A stretch of DNA of 64,000 nt from Prochlorococcus sp. AG-449-P16 (GCA_003212175.1 QCQN01000004.1:10506-74505), one strand, 5' to 3'. Shown: positions 53,063 through 63,740, counted from the stretch's first letter. The notes: generated by a model not told the origin, from the sequence alone. Numbers and translations: made by a program.

Positions 53063-53953
53063 TTAAGGATAGTCAAAACCTATCATTCTTACTTCAGGTT
53101 GAAGAAAAATACCTTTTTTTTGTAGTACTTTTTGTTGGATTACAGTTATCAACTCTAAAATTTCATTTGATTTCGCAGAAGAATGATTAACTATAAAATT
53201 TGCGTGCATTGACGATATTTGAGCACCACCAATTTTAAAACCTTTTAACCCTATTTCTTCTATTAATTTACCTGCATAATTATTTTTTGGATTAATAAAA
53301 ACACTCCCAAAGCTTGGCAAATGATATGGTTGAGTGGAGGTTTTCTTCTTAAGAATATTTTTTGTCGTTTTTAATAATTCATCAACATTACCATTGGTCT
53401 TAAATTTTAGTTTCGAGCTTATTATGACAAGATTATTTTCCTGAAAAGGACTGAATCGATATCTAAAATTTATCTCTTTTTTTGGTATTTCATAAATATC
53501 GAGAGTTCTGCTATCAATCACTCTTACTGATATGAGGTTTTTTTCTAGGGATAAGTTCCCTGATCCTGCATTCATGCAAATAGCTCCACCTATAGTGCCG
53601 GGAATACCAATTGTCCATTCACCACCTTCCAATCCATTTTTTGCCAGCAAATTTGAAAGAGTTGGAAGCATTACACCAGAATCAACTTCCACATTACCTA
53701 AGACAGGGTCTATTTTGATTGACTTCATCTTTTTTGTACATATTGTTAATCCCTTTAAAAAAATGTTATTGATTAATAGGTTTGATCCAGCTCCTATTAT
53801 TCGACATTCATTTTTATTAAAATTGGCCCATTTTATTAAATCAATGAATTCAAAAATATTATTAGGTTCAGCAAAGTATTCTGCCGAACCTCCAACTTTG
53901 ATAGTTGTATAATTTGATAGTTTTATTTTCTCTGCATAAGTAATTCTTTTCAT
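53063..53953 (-). CDS. murB: UDP-N-acetylenolpyruvoylglucosamine reductase
   Basis: [34 protein letters not shown] and HANFIVN motifs. Confidence 0.96.
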   Translation of the reverse strand: MKRITYAEKIKLSNYTTIKVGGSAEYFAEPNNIFEFIDLIKWANFNKNECRIIGAGSNLLINNIFLKGLTICTKKMKSIKIDPVLGNVEVDSGVMLPTLSNLLAKNGLEGGEWTIGIPGTIGGAICMNAGSGNLSLEKNLISVRVIDSRTLDIYEIPKKEINFRYRFSPFQENNLVIISSKLKFKTNGNVDELLKTTKNILKKKTSTQPYHLPSFGSVFINPKNNYAGKLIEEIGLKGFKIGGAQISSMHANFIVNHSSAKSNEILELITVIQQKVLQKKGIFLQPEVRMIGFDYP

Positions 53954-53969
53954 AAGCAACTTACATATC

Positions 53970-55382
53970 TTATCTTTTTTTCTTATTTAAGATTGACCAT
54001 AAATTATGACAATCTCCAGCGCCCATGTTTACTATTAAGTCGTTTTCTTTTGTTAAATTCAAGAAGTTATCTTTAATTGCATAATTATCTTTTAAGTACT
54101 TAACATTTTTGTTCTTTTTATAAATAGTATCAGTAATGATCTCTGAATTAATCTCATAATTGTTTTCTTCACCAGCACTATAAATATTTGTAATATAAAT
54201 AACATCAGCATTTGAGAGTTCTTCAGAGAATTCATTAATAAATTGCTTTACTCTTGAATATCTATGTGGCTGAAATACGACAACTAATCTACGACCTTCT
54301 TCATCAGTATTTTCATTTTTTTGTTTTAGAAATAATCTCGCTAAGTCAATAGTGGCTTTAATTTCATTTGGATGGTGAGCATAATCATCATATATAAATC
54401 TTTTATTCAGTTCACCTCGAAATTCAAATCTTTTCTTAGGTAATTTTAAGTATTTAATGTTTTTCTTTATTTCATGGAACTCAACCCCAATCATCCTAGA
54501 GGCTGCAATTGAAGCAGTTATGTTAGATAAATTATGTAATCCTGGAACTGGAATAATTAATCTATCAATAAATTTTCCATCTTCATAATATTCTCCAATT
54601 GTGCAGTCTTTATTGATAATAGAGGGTATTATTGCGTATGATACTTTTTCTACTTCTTTATTAGACCAATTATAATCTGATTTAAAGTTCTCTTTAATTA
54701 TTGTGCAATCATAATTAATTAACAATTTTTTTGAATTGTATGCGAACTCTTTAAATGAGGATATGACCTCTTCAACGTCAGAAAAATGATCGCAATGATC
54801 AAAGTCAATATTATTAATAATTCCTATATCTGAACTATAGTTGTTTAATGTCCCATCAGATTCATCCACCTCTGTTACCAAAAATTTCGTATTGCTTACG
54901 TGAGCATTTGATCTATAGATTGGAATAATTCCTCCTGTAATGGAAGAAGAATTTTGCGTACAGAGTTCTAACAAAGTTGAAAGAAATGTGCTTGTTGATG
55001 TTTTTCCATGACTACCCGCTATCGCTAATGAAGTATAAAATTGCATCAAAAATGAAAGAATTTCTGAACGATGTTTAATCGATAAATTATTCTTTTTGCA
55101 ATAACTTAATTCTTCATTTTCAGACTTAATTGCGGAGCTTACAACAAAAATTATGTTTTTGTTGGTAAATTTTGAGGTTAGAAAATCTATATTTTGTTTA
55201 ATTTGAGAATCAAATATAAGTGCACCCGATTGTTTTAATGCATTTGTTTCATTATTTTCAATTAAATCTGAACCTGAGACTGAGTAACCTCTTTTTAGTA
55301 AAGCCATTGCAATGCCTGACATTCCAATGCCTCCAACCCCTATGAAATGAAAATGACTTTTAATTAATAATTCTGTATTCAA
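53970..55382 (-). CDS. murC: UDP-N-acetylmuramate--L-alanine ligase
   Basis: GVGGIGMSG, GSHGKTST, EVDESD, DDYAHHP and FQPHRYSR motifs. Confidence 0.97.
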   Translation of the reverse strand: MNTELLIKSHFHFIGVGGIGMSGIAMALLKRGYSVSGSDLIENNETNALKQSGALIFDSQIKQNIDFLTSKFTNKNIIFVVSSAIKSENEELSYCKKNNLSIKHRSEILSFLMQFYTSLAIAGSHGKTSTSTFLSTLLELCTQNSSSITGGIIPIYRSNAHVSNTKFLVTEVDESDGTLNNYSSDIGIINNIDFDHCDHFSDVEEVISSFKEFAYNSKKLLINYDCTIIKENFKSDYNWSNKEVEKVSYAIIPSIINKDCTIGEYYEDGKFIDRLIIPVPGLHNLSNITASIAASRMIGVEFHEIKKNIKYLKLPKKRFEFRGELNKRFIYDDYAHHPNEIKATIDLARLFLKQKNENTDEEGRRLVVVFQPHRYSRVKQFINEFSEELSNADVIYITNIYSAGEENNYEINSEIITDTIYKKNKNVKYLKDNYAIKDNFLNLTKENDLIVNMGAGDCHNLWSILNKKKR

Positions 55383-55577
55383 TTTTTATCTACTACTTAA
55401 ATAAACATAACTTCTATGAAATACTATTGGTAATTTTAAAAATTTTTTTTAATTTTTTTCTCTGAATTAATACAAAAAAGGACTTATTTGCTTAATAAAT
55501 CAAAAAATACTTACGTTATTGCACAAAATTCTGTATGATCAGCAACTTAGGTTAATCATTTAGAAAATTTTTCAGTT

Positions 55578-56600
55578 ATGACATTGCGTGTTGCTATTAA
55601 TGGGTTTGGCAGAATTGGTCGAAACTTCATGCGTTGTTGGTTAAGTAGAGGTGCTTACACCAATATTGAAGTTGTGGGCATCAATGTTACTTCAGATCCT
55701 AAGACTAATGCACACCTTCTTAAATATGATTCAGTACTTGGTCAATTAGATGGTGTTGATATCAAATACACTGATGACACTTTTGTTATCAACAATAAAA
55801 CAATAAAGTGTTTTTCTGATAGAAACCCACTTAACTTACCCTGGAAAGATTGGGGTGTTGACTTGGTAATTGAATCAACTGGAGTTTTTAATACAGATGT
55901 TGGTGCAAGTAAGCATTTGGAAGTCGGAGCAAAAAAAGTTATTCTTACTGCACCTGGAAAAGGGGCAGGCGTTGGAACATATGTTGTTGGAGTTAATGCA
56001 GATAAATATAAACATAAAGATTTCGATATTTTAAGTAACGCAAGTTGTACAACAAATTGTTTGGCACCAGTAGTAAAAGTTTTAGATCAAACTTTTGGTA
56101 TTAATAAAGGTCTTATGACTACAATACATAGTTACACAGGTGACCAAAGGATTTTAGATAATAGTCATAGAGATTTAAGAAGAGCTAGAGCTGCAGCAAC
56201 AAATATAGTACCAACTTCAACAGGTGCTGCTAAAGCAGTTGCGTTGGTATATCCAGAAATGAAAGGAAAGTTAACGGGTATAGCAATGAGAGTCCCTACC
56301 CCAAACGTTTCAGCAGTTGACTTTGTTTTTGAATCTTCAAAGTCTGTTACAAGTGAAGAGGTTAATAATGCTCTAAAAGAAGCTTCTCAAGGTGCAATGA
56401 AAGGAATTATTAAGTACGGAGATGAACCTCTAGTATCTAGTGATTATGCAGGAACTAATGAATCTTCAATCGTTGATAGTGATTTAACAATGTGTATTGG
56501 AGATAATCTTGTTAAAGTTCTTGCTTGGTATGATAATGAGTGGGGCTATAGTCAAAGAGTGGTTGATCTAGCTGAGATTGTTGCACAAAATTGGGAGTGA
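55578..56600 (+). CDS. gap2: Glyceraldehyde-3-phosphate dehydrogenase (NAD(P)-dependent, Calvin cycle type)
   Basis: [32 protein letters not shown] and WYDNEWGY motifs. Confidence 0.95.
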   Translation: MTLRVAINGFGRIGRNFMRCWLSRGAYTNIEVVGINVTSDPKTNAHLLKYDSVLGQLDGVDIKYTDDTFVINNKTIKCFSDRNPLNLPWKDWGVDLVIESTGVFNTDVGASKHLEVGAKKVILTAPGKGAGVGTYVVGVNADKYKHKDFDILSNASCTTNCLAPVVKVLDQTFGINKGLMTTIHSYTGDQRILDNSHRDLRRARAAATNIVPTSTGAAKAVALVYPEMKGKLTGIAMRVPTPNVSAVDFVFESSKSVTSEEVNNALKEASQGAMKGIIKYGDEPLVSSDYAGTNESSIVDSDLTMCIGDNLVKVLAWYDNEWGYSQRVVDLAEIVAQNWE

Positions 56601-57587
56601 TTAAAAGTGTTTGAAACTTTGAGAATTTAAAATTTTATTATTTTTATGATTTTCAATTTCAACTGAAGCTGTTCCTGACACGAAATAACCAATTTTTCTA
56701 ATATTTTTATCTAATGCCAAAAAATTGTTAGCCCATTTTTTTGGTAAAGAAAAGACTAATTTGTAATCTTCCCCTCCAAAAAAATAATATTCATCCCATT
56801 TATTTCCATCTGGCCAGTCTTTGTCTTTAGGAATATTTGCGTAATTAATAATTGCTTTACAATTACTAGCTAATGATAGATCTTGTACTGCTTGAAATAA
56901 TCCATCACTACTATCAGTGCAACCAATTCTTTTGATTTTCTGATTTGGACGAGTTTTTAAAAGTCTTTGCAAGAAATTAGTTTTCAGTTTTGGTCTGCAA
57001 AAATGTTCTATAGATTTATTTATTAATCTTTCTGAAAGGGGAGTATAGTTATCAAATTTATTTTCACTTCTTATTAATAAACCTAGTTTGCTAAGGCCAT
57101 GAATTCCAGTACTTAAAATAATTTCACCAGGCTTGCAAGCATTTCTTCGAAATTCAATTTCTCCCTGTACCCCCAAAGCAGTAATTGATATTATTTTTTC
57201 ATTTCCTAAAGAGCAATCACCCCCAAGAATTATTCCACCATATTTTTTCAAAGCTTGATTAATCCCTTTATATAGTTCTTCAATCCAGTCCCACTCTGTT
57301 TTTGCCGGTAATATTAAACTTATCGTAATTCCTAAAGTTTTTTTGCTTCCACTGGATAATAAGTCAGATATGTTGCTAACAACTGCTTTCCATCCAAGAT
57401 CTAATGGTGAGATTGTTTTTTCATTGAAATGGACATTTTCGACTAATGCATCTGTGTTTATAAGTAAATTATTATTCTCAGTTTTAAGAAAAGCACAGTC
57501 ATCTGCGATTTGATTTTTAGGCATAAATTTACCAATCCTTTTTATTAATTCTTTTTCGCCAATATCCTTTAATGATTCTTTATGCAT
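56601..57587 (-). CDS. thiL: Thiamine-monophosphate kinase
   Basis: GEKELI, DDCA, NISDL, GGDC, DSSDGL and GGEDY motifs. Confidence 0.94.
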   Translation of the reverse strand: MHKESLKDIGEKELIKRIGKFMPKNQIADDCAFLKTENNNLLINTDALVENVHFNEKTISPLDLGWKAVVSNISDLLSSGSKKTLGITISLILPAKTEWDWIEELYKGINQALKKYGGIILGGDCSLGNEKIISITALGVQGEIEFRRNACKPGEIILSTGIHGLSKLGLLIRSENKFDNYTPLSERLINKSIEHFCRPKLKTNFLQRLLKTRPNQKIKRIGCTDSSDGLFQAVQDLSLASNCKAIINYANIPKDKDWPDGNKWDEYYFFGGEDYKLVFSLPKKWANNFLALDKNIRKIGYFVSGTASVEIENHKNNKILNSQSFKHF

Positions 57588-58671
57588 TTAACTTGAGGTT
57601 TTCAATACCTGTTAAAACTTCAATGGATATAATCATGTCATCTTTGGTTAATTCTTCCAACACTTCAAAGCCGTCTACAACATATCCAAATGCAGCATTT
57701 CTACCATCAATTAGGTTTCGCCCTGCTGGGTTTAACTCTGCTTCATACAAAAAAAAGAAAAACTGTGATGAGCCGTCATCTACTTCTTGATTTGAATGGG
57801 ACCAACCTAAGGTTCCTAATGTTGCGAATGGTAATGTAGGAGTCTCTGTATAAAAGCCTAAGTCTTCAAAAGTCTGATTGTAAAAGGTTTCATCCTCATT
57901 TGGGACTCTTATTTCAAGTGGAACATGTCTTTCCTGATTGGTTTCTGGATCAATGTATCCAATCTCTTCACCGCTTGGATCTCCAGTTTGGAGAACAAAA
58001 AATTCCTCTGCTCTATTAATTGGTAAATTACTGTAAAAATCTTTTGATGATAAGTCAATAAATGCCCCAGCAGTAAGAGGTGCATTGAAACCATCAATTA
58101 TTGCTTGCATATCTCCTTTGGAAGTTTTGATATTTACCTTTGCACGACCAAGTAATCTTGGCAAATTATCAAATTCGCTTGGTATTGAATAAGGAAATTT
58201 CTTGGGTAGAAAATATTCTTCTAGTCCTCCTATTTTGTCTAAAGCCTCTTTTCTAGTTTTTATGAATGAGTATTTATCTTTTAATTTTGCTTCATCTTGA
58301 AGGTTATTAAAATCATTTTTTAATTCTAAAAATGTTTTTTCGGCAATTATTTGCTTATCATTTGGCAATTCTTGAATAATTTTATTTTGGTATTTTTTTA
58401 GTAAAGATTGACATTTTGTAACAGTTTTTGTTAGCGCAGGCCATCTCCCGCCTCTTACAAGGTCACTTGTGTCTTCTAATTGATGTTGTATTTCTTGAAG
58501 TTCGACTTGCTTGATGGGTAGTGAGTTTCTGAGTATTGCATTAGGATCTTTTACTGCGTTTCCTGTGGGTAAATCAGCTAAAACATGAATCGGTTTTAAG
58601 AGAAAAACTTGTATAAATATAATTATTAGAAGCAAACATTGTTTGTTCTGATTTGATAAGAATTTTTGCAT
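57580..58671 (-). CDS. Cyclophilin-type peptidyl-prolyl isomerase (thylakoid TLP40/CYP38-like) with signal peptide
   Basis: [32 protein letters not shown] and [10 protein letters not shown] motifs. Confidence 0.9.
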   Translation of the reverse strand: MQKFLSNQNKQCLLLIIIFIQVFLLKPIHVLADLPTGNAVKDPNAILRNSLPIKQVELQEIQHQLEDTSDLVRGGRWPALTKTVTKCQSLLKKYQNKIIQELPNDKQIIAEKTFLELKNDFNNLQDEAKLKDKYSFIKTRKEALDKIGGLEEYFLPKKFPYSIPSEFDNLPRLLGRAKVNIKTSKGDMQAIIDGFNAPLTAGAFIDLSSKDFYSNLPINRAEEFFVLQTGDPSGEEIGYIDPETNQERHVPLEIRVPNEDETFYNQTFEDLGFYTETPTLPFATLGTLGWSHSNQEVDDGSSQFFFFLYEAELNPAGRNLIDGRNAAFGYVVDGFEVLEELTKDDMIISIEVLTGIENLKLNA

Positions 58672-58714
58672 AGCACTCTTGCAGGTTTATGATCCTTGGG
58701 GATGTAATACAGGA

Positions 58715-59275
58715 ATGATTTCCAGTAATGATTTTCGCACAGGTACCACCATTGAAATAGATGGACAAGTTTGGCGGGTTGTAGAGTTTCTACATGTCAA
58801 GCCTGGTAAGGGTTCTGCTTTCGTGCGAACAAAATTAAAATCTGTTCAGACCGGCAATGTTGTTGAAAAAACTTTTCGAGCCGGGGAATCAGTACAACAG
58901 GCTATCCTTGAAAAGTCTAACCTGCAGCATACTTATGTGGAGGGTGGAGATTATGTTTTTATGGATATGACAAGTTTTGAAGAAACAAGACTAACAGCTG
59001 AACAAATAGGAAAGGGTTCAAAGTATCTGAAAGAAGGAATGGATGTTACTGTTATTTTTCATAATAGTAATGTTTTAGAAGTGGAACTTCCTATCTCAAT
59101 TACCTTAAAAGTTACTGAAACAGATCCTGGTGTTAAGGGAGATACAGCTAGTGGTGGCACAAAACCAGCTATCCTAGAGACTGGTGCTCAAGTTATGGTT
59201 CCTTTATTTATTTCTGTCGGCGAAATGATTAAAGTTGATACACGTAACGATAGTTATCTTGGACGTGAAAACTAA
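58715..59275 (+). CDS. efp: Elongation factor P
   Basis: [15 protein letters not shown] and PGVKGDT motifs; ATG at 58715. Confidence 0.98.
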   Translation: MISSNDFRTGTTIEIDGQVWRVVEFLHVKPGKGSAFVRTKLKSVQTGNVVEKTFRAGESVQQAILEKSNLQHTYVEGGDYVFMDMTSFEETRLTAEQIGKGSKYLKEGMDVTVIFHNSNVLEVELPISITLKVTETDPGVKGDTASGGTKPAILETGAQVMVPLFISVGEMIKVDTRNDSYLGREN

Positions 59276-59779
59276 ATGGCTATGAAACTAGATCATGATG
59301 ATTTAAATCGCTTAATTGAAAAAATTTCTTCAAGCGATATTCAAGAATTTTCTTTAGAAGGAGAGGATTTTAAACTTGAAATAAAAAGGAATTTGTTTGG
59401 TAGTAATCAATCAAATAACAGTTTAATTACTCAAAACGTTGATGAACCGCAAATTAGCACCGTTCAAAATGGTCAAAATGATATTTCAATAGGTTCCAAC
59501 CCTCAAGCGGCTCAGGTGCCACCTCCTGGACGCTCAGACCTTGTGGAAATAACTTCACCTATGGTTGGTACCTTTTATAGAGCAGCAGCCCCTGGAGAGG
59601 ACCCGTTCGTGGAGTTAGGGGCCAATGTAAAAGTTGGACAAACTATTTGTATTTTGGAAGCAATGAAGTTAATGAATGAAATTGAGTCAGAATTTAATGC
59701 CGAAATAGTAGAAATACTTGTTGAAAATGGGACGCCTGTAGAGTTTGGACAAGTTCTTATGCGTGTTAAACAGATTTGA
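59276..59779 (+). CDS. accB: Acetyl-CoA carboxylase biotin carboxyl carrier protein
   Basis: SPMVGTFY and the EAMKLMN biotinylation motif. Confidence 0.97.
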   Translation: MAMKLDHDDLNRLIEKISSSDIQEFSLEGEDFKLEIKRNLFGSNQSNNSLITQNVDEPQISTVQNGQNDISIGSNPQAAQVPPPGRSDLVEITSPMVGTFYRAAAPGEDPFVELGANVKVGQTICILEAMKLMNEIESEFNAEIVEILVENGTPVEFGQVLMRVKQI

Positions 59780-60794
59780 TTAATGTTAATTCAATAGCTG
59801 ACTTTATAGCTTCTTCCATGCTTTTAGATTGTGCAAATCCTTTTCCTGCAATATCAAACGCGGTTCCATGATCTGGAGATGTTCTGACAAATGGCAAACC
59901 CAAAGTCGTATTTACTGAATAATTTTGTGCTATCACTTTCATAGGTATTAATCCTTGATCATGATACATAGCTAGAATTCCATCATGTTTCTCTGCTTCT
60001 TTTTCTCTCCAAGCTTTTGCAGATGAGCTCCAGCAGGTATCAGGAGCAATTGGTCCAATTACTTTAACTTGTTTATTCTTTTCATTCCAATTAATAATTG
60101 TTTTATTAAGCCAATTTTTTTCTTCATCTCCTAACATGCCCTCTTCACCAGCGTGGGGATTTAAACCTGCTACTTTTAAAACCAGATTTTTTTTATCTTT
60201 TTTACAAAATTTTAAAAGCAAATCAAGTTTTGAATAGATTAGGTTGGTATTAAGCTTTTTGGGAACTTCACAAATTGGTATGTGTGTGGTTGCAAGCAAA
60301 GTATTAAACCTCCAACCTGTATATGGAGATTTTGCTGTAAATAACATTCCTACATTATTTGATTTGCAAGATTCAGCTAAAACTTCTGTTTGCCCTGAAT
60401 AATTGTGACCAGCAATCTCCCAAGATTTTTTGCAGATTGGCCCAGTGACTAGTGCTGAATCAGGAAATTGTTGAACAATTTCAATGCTTTTTTTTAAATA
60501 ATAAAAACTTGCATTACCATTTTTTAATCGTTGATTGTTAACCTCGCAGGGAATTTTCATATCATAAATATTTAGATTTTTTGGATCTACAATATTATTC
60601 ACCCCTAAGAATTTAAGTTTCTTATATGTACTTTCTAAGTTAATTTTCGACCCAACGATTAAAATATCAATATTTTTCGTTATTTCTTTAGAATGTAGGG
60701 CTTTTAGAATTATTTCTGGTCCGATCCCGGATTCGTCCCCTACACTGATTACGACTTTTATTTTTCTATTACTTTTATATTTTTGATGATTCAT
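59766..60794 (-). CDS. pdxA: 4-hydroxythreonine-4-phosphate dehydrogenase
   Basis: GDESGIGPE, LNPHAGE, AMYHDQG and RTSPDHGTAFDIAG motifs. Confidence 0.97.
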   Translation of the reverse strand: MNHQKYKSNRKIKVVISVGDESGIGPEIILKALHSKEITKNIDILIVGSKINLESTYKKLKFLGVNNIVDPKNLNIYDMKIPCEVNNQRLKNGNASFYYLKKSIEIVQQFPDSALVTGPICKKSWEIAGHNYSGQTEVLAESCKSNNVGMLFTAKSPYTGWRFNTLLATTHIPICEVPKKLNTNLIYSKLDLLLKFCKKDKKNLVLKVAGLNPHAGEEGMLGDEEKNWLNKTIINWNEKNKQVKVIGPIAPDTCWSSSAKAWREKEAEKHDGILAMYHDQGLIPMKVIAQNYSVNTTLGLPFVRTSPDHGTAFDIAGKGFAQSKSMEEAIKSAIELTLIKSV

Positions 60795-60884
60795 AGTAAG
60801 ATTTTTTGAACTTAAATTATGCTTTTCATTTAGGTATTTATCATATTTTTTCTAAATAAATTTTCAATTATATTCTTTAATTGA

Positions 60885-61766
60885 TTATTTAATATTAGCA
60901 AGACAATTATCTAACCCTAACTTGTAGTTTTTATAAATAAGTTTATATCCTAATTGATTACATAATAATTTATTTGAAACTTTCCTATTCTCTATCCAAA
61001 ATGATTGAGCTATGGGAGATAAATCTTTTTTTGCTTCTTCAAAGAGTATGGGTTTGGGCATTTGCAATCCAAGTATTTTGTATGCATATTTAATTACCTC
61101 TAGTTGAGAACAGGGCTTATCATCTGCAATATTAATAATTTGATGAAAATCTAATTTATTTTGATTTTTTAATAAATAAATAATTGCATTTGTTATGTCA
61201 GCTACATGTATTCTCGAAAATATTTGATTGTTTTTATGAATGATTTTTACCCTTTTACTTTTTATAGCCTCTAAAGAAGATCTCCCAGGACCATAGATAC
61301 CAGGTAATCTAAAAATTTGCACAGGCAATTTAGAATTAATCCATTCATTTTCACAATTTAAGCGTCTATGACTTCTTTCTTGAAAAGGGTTAGGCTTATC
61401 ATTCTCTGATACCCAGTTTCCATTGGTGTTTCCATACACTCCAGTTGTTGAAAGATATCCAATCCATTTAATGGGTAAATCTCTAATTGTATTTTTAAAG
61501 CTTTTTAATACAGGATCTTTACCATTTTTGTCTGGTGGTATGCAGCTTAAAATATGCGTAACTCCTTTAAAGACTTCTGAATCAGGCATTGAATTATTTT
61601 CACTATCAAATATAAAACTATCTGGATCATTTTTTTCAGAACGAGAGCTTGTCAGAGCCTTACATCCTAATTTTCTGATTGATTTTGCAAAATAATCTCC
61701 ACTAAAACCTCCTCCAAAAATAATAAATTTATTATTACTAAAAACTGAGGTTGCTAAATTAATCAT
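60885..61766 (-). CDS. NAD-dependent epimerase/dehydratase (atypical SDR)
   Basis: FGGGFSG, YLSTTGVYG, RLPGIYGPGR and SRIHVADI motifs. Confidence 0.9.
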   Translation of the reverse strand: MINLATSVFSNNKFIIFGGGFSGDYFAKSIRKLGCKALTSSRSEKNDPDSFIFDSENNSMPDSEVFKGVTHILSCIPPDKNGKDPVLKSFKNTIRDLPIKWIGYLSTTGVYGNTNGNWVSENDKPNPFQERSHRRLNCENEWINSKLPVQIFRLPGIYGPGRSSLEAIKSKRVKIIHKNNQIFSRIHVADITNAIIYLLKNQNKLDFHQIINIADDKPCSQLEVIKYAYKILGLQMPKPILFEEAKKDLSPIAQSFWIENRKVSNKLLCNQLGYKLIYKNYKLGLDNCLANIK

Positions 61767-61779
61767 TTTCCATTATAAC

Positions 61780-61795
61780 TAGTACAAATGTATTA
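61780..61795. promoter_or_regulatory. LexA (SOS) box in divergent promoter
   Basis: TAGTACA-AA-TGTATTA is one mismatch from the palindrome TAGTACA-N2-TGTACTA; it lies between TTGTAA and TATAAT on the minus strand and overlaps TATTAT on the plus strand. Confidence 0.7.
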
Positions 61796-61803
61796 TTACA
61801 AAA

Positions 61804-62040
61804 ATGAAGACAATAATTAAGCCTCGAGCTGAATTTAATACAATTACCCTTAGAAATGATGTTTATCATTGCCAAGATAATTTAACTAATCCAAAAATTG
61901 GATTTGATATTAAACTCTATCAAAAATTATTTCTGGTTTTGCTATCATTGTTTATTTTTTTAATATTTCCAGAATCACCAAAAAATTCTCAAGATATCTG
62001 TTATAAAAATAATTCAGTCAAGGCTTGCAATATTTGGTAG
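61804..62040 (+). CDS. Small single-pass membrane protein with C-terminal C-x8-C-x2-W
   Basis: 78 aa; TM segment LFLVLLSLFIFLIF followed by PESP...ICYKNNSVKACNIW. Confidence 0.75.
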   Translation: MKTIIKPRAEFNTITLRNDVYHCQDNLTNPKIGFDIKLYQKLFLVLLSLFIFLIFPESPKNSQDICYKNNSVKACNIW

Positions 62041-62445
62041 TCATGCGGCTTTATATTCATTATCTGTGTCTTTGAAATTTTTATTATTTTTTTGTTTGTA
62101 ATTAGGATTCGCCCATTGTAATAACCTTATTGCTAACCTAAGATCTCCCTCTAACCATGCTCTTATAGCCATTGCTCTTCTGGGATCATAAAATTTTTGT
62201 CTTCTGTACCAGTACAAAGCATTATTGTCTGATTTGTCTCCATTGCATGAAAGGCATGCTGGGACGCAGTTTTCTGTTGTACTTAATCCTCCTTGGCTTC
62301 TAGGTAGTATATGATCAATAGATTCGGAAGGGTTGCCACAATATATACAACTTTTTCCGGTAAACTTATGAATTGATTTTCGCCATTGTCTGAACTTAAA
62401 TTTAGGACATAAGTCTTCTAAAAAGACCGCATCTTTATTGTGCAT
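62041..62445 (-). CDS. HNH endonuclease family protein
   Basis: CIYCG...SIDHILPRSQGG....NCVPACLSCNGDK. Confidence 0.92.
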   Translation of the reverse strand: MHNKDAVFLEDLCPKFKFRQWRKSIHKFTGKSCIYCGNPSESIDHILPRSQGGLSTTENCVPACLSCNGDKSDNNALYWYRRQKFYDPRRAMAIRAWLEGDLRLAIRLLQWANPNYKQKNNKNFKDTDNEYKAA

Positions 62446-62617
62446 TCAGATTATTTAATTACATATAATATTGACTAATTTTTTTAAAAAGTCAACATTA
62501 ATTAGTTTATTTTGAAAATAAGTTAATTATTATTATATAGTAATTTTATGTATTAAATTATACTTAAAAAATATTATTTAATTTTATATAGTTAATTTAT
62601 TAGTTTATATTTTTATA

Positions 62618-63037
62618 TTAATAGCTATATCTATCGAATTCTTCATCAGAGATTTTATTACCTTTTTTTTCATTAAGTAACTCTTCTTTTTTTCGCCTCT
62701 TTTCTGCTCTGTTTTTTTCTAGTTGTAATTTTCTATCTGGATGTAGCTGATCTAAATATTCAACGCAATAAGAAAACTTTTCTCTTTCCCTCACTACTGT
62801 TTCAACTATTTGCCCGGCAGCTTGTTTCGGAGAAGTTTTAAAAATCCCACCCTTTTGTTTTTTAATATAGCTATATGCAGCTTCCCAACTGCTTTCATGA
62901 TCATTGCCGCCATCTCTCATCGTACAAAATATCTCTGCTCCAAAGGATCCTGCTTGCGCTTCAGAAATAAAAAAAACTGATGGAGCAAGCAATGTGATGA
63001 GTGGTATAAGTAATTTTAATCTTTTTTTTACTTGCAT
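62618..63037 (-). CDS. Conserved picocyanobacterial exported protein
   Basis: Signal peptide ending AQA; IFCTMRDGGNDHESSWEAAY and a second Cys. Confidence 0.75.
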   Translation of the reverse strand: MQVKKRLKLLIPLITLLAPSVFFISEAQAGSFGAEIFCTMRDGGNDHESSWEAAYSYIKKQKGGIFKTSPKQAAGQIVETVVREREKFSYCVEYLDQLHPDRKLQLEKNRAEKRRKKEELLNEKKGNKISDEEFDRYSY

Positions 63038-63093
63038 TGATTTTCAATATATATATAAAAAATATCTTTTATTTTAATTATGTCTAGGGATAA

Positions 63094-63606
63094 TTAAGAT
63101 TTTATTAATCCTAATAAATTAAGGGTTTTTACTACTAGTGGAAGTATTAAAAGGACTGTAATTAATCTCACAGCATGCAGAGTAGCCACGGCCGGACCTA
63201 CGCCATATTCAGAGCCTACAAGACTCATTCCACTAATACCTCCAGGAGCTGCTCCAAGAATTGTAGTAATTATATCAACTTTTAGTAATCTGCTAGTCCA
63301 TAAACCAATTGCCAATCCAGTTATCACTAATGTAAAAGTAATCAAAATTGCGGGCTTCCATAACGTTTGTAACTCCACTAAAGAATTTTTAGTTAAACTT
63401 GTTCCAATAATGGTTCCAATGCCAATTTCTAATATTGTTCTTGTTCCACTCGGCCAGTGAGCTGGTTCAATTTTTCCGCTAATACTAATTATACTTGCGC
63501 CCAATAATGCTCCTGCGAGAGGTGCAGCGGGTATCCCAGTTTTTAAAGCTAAAAGACCAAAAGCTGCACCTGCAAATAAATAATAGATTAGATTTATATT
63601 AGACAT
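63094..63606 (-). CDS. AbrB-family (ammonia-monooxygenase-like) membrane protein, single repeat
   Basis: IPAAPLAGA, IGTIIG, APGGISGMS and HAVRL motifs; ATG at 63606 preferred. Confidence 0.85.
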   Translation of the reverse strand: MSNINLIYYLFAGAAFGLLALKTGIPAAPLAGALLGASIISISGKIEPAHWPSGTRTILEIGIGTIIGTSLTKNSLVELQTLWKPAILITFTLVITGLAIGLWTSRLLKVDIITTILGAAPGGISGMSLVGSEYGVGPAVATLHAVRLITVLLILPLVVKTLNLLGLIKS

Positions 63607-63740
63607 TAAAATAGTTATGCAATTGGTGATAATGTTAGAAAAAAATTTCAATTCTTGAGTATTTTTCTAAAATAAGTTGATGTTTTTGCTGCGAAATGGG
63701 TCTTTTTATTGGCATAATATTACGTAAAGCATAATTAGCC

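Noticed and set aside
62501-62617. Extremely AT-rich stretch as a second origin or foreign DNA scar
   Set aside because: No DnaA boxes, repeats or ORF remnants; consistent with ordinary intergenic drift
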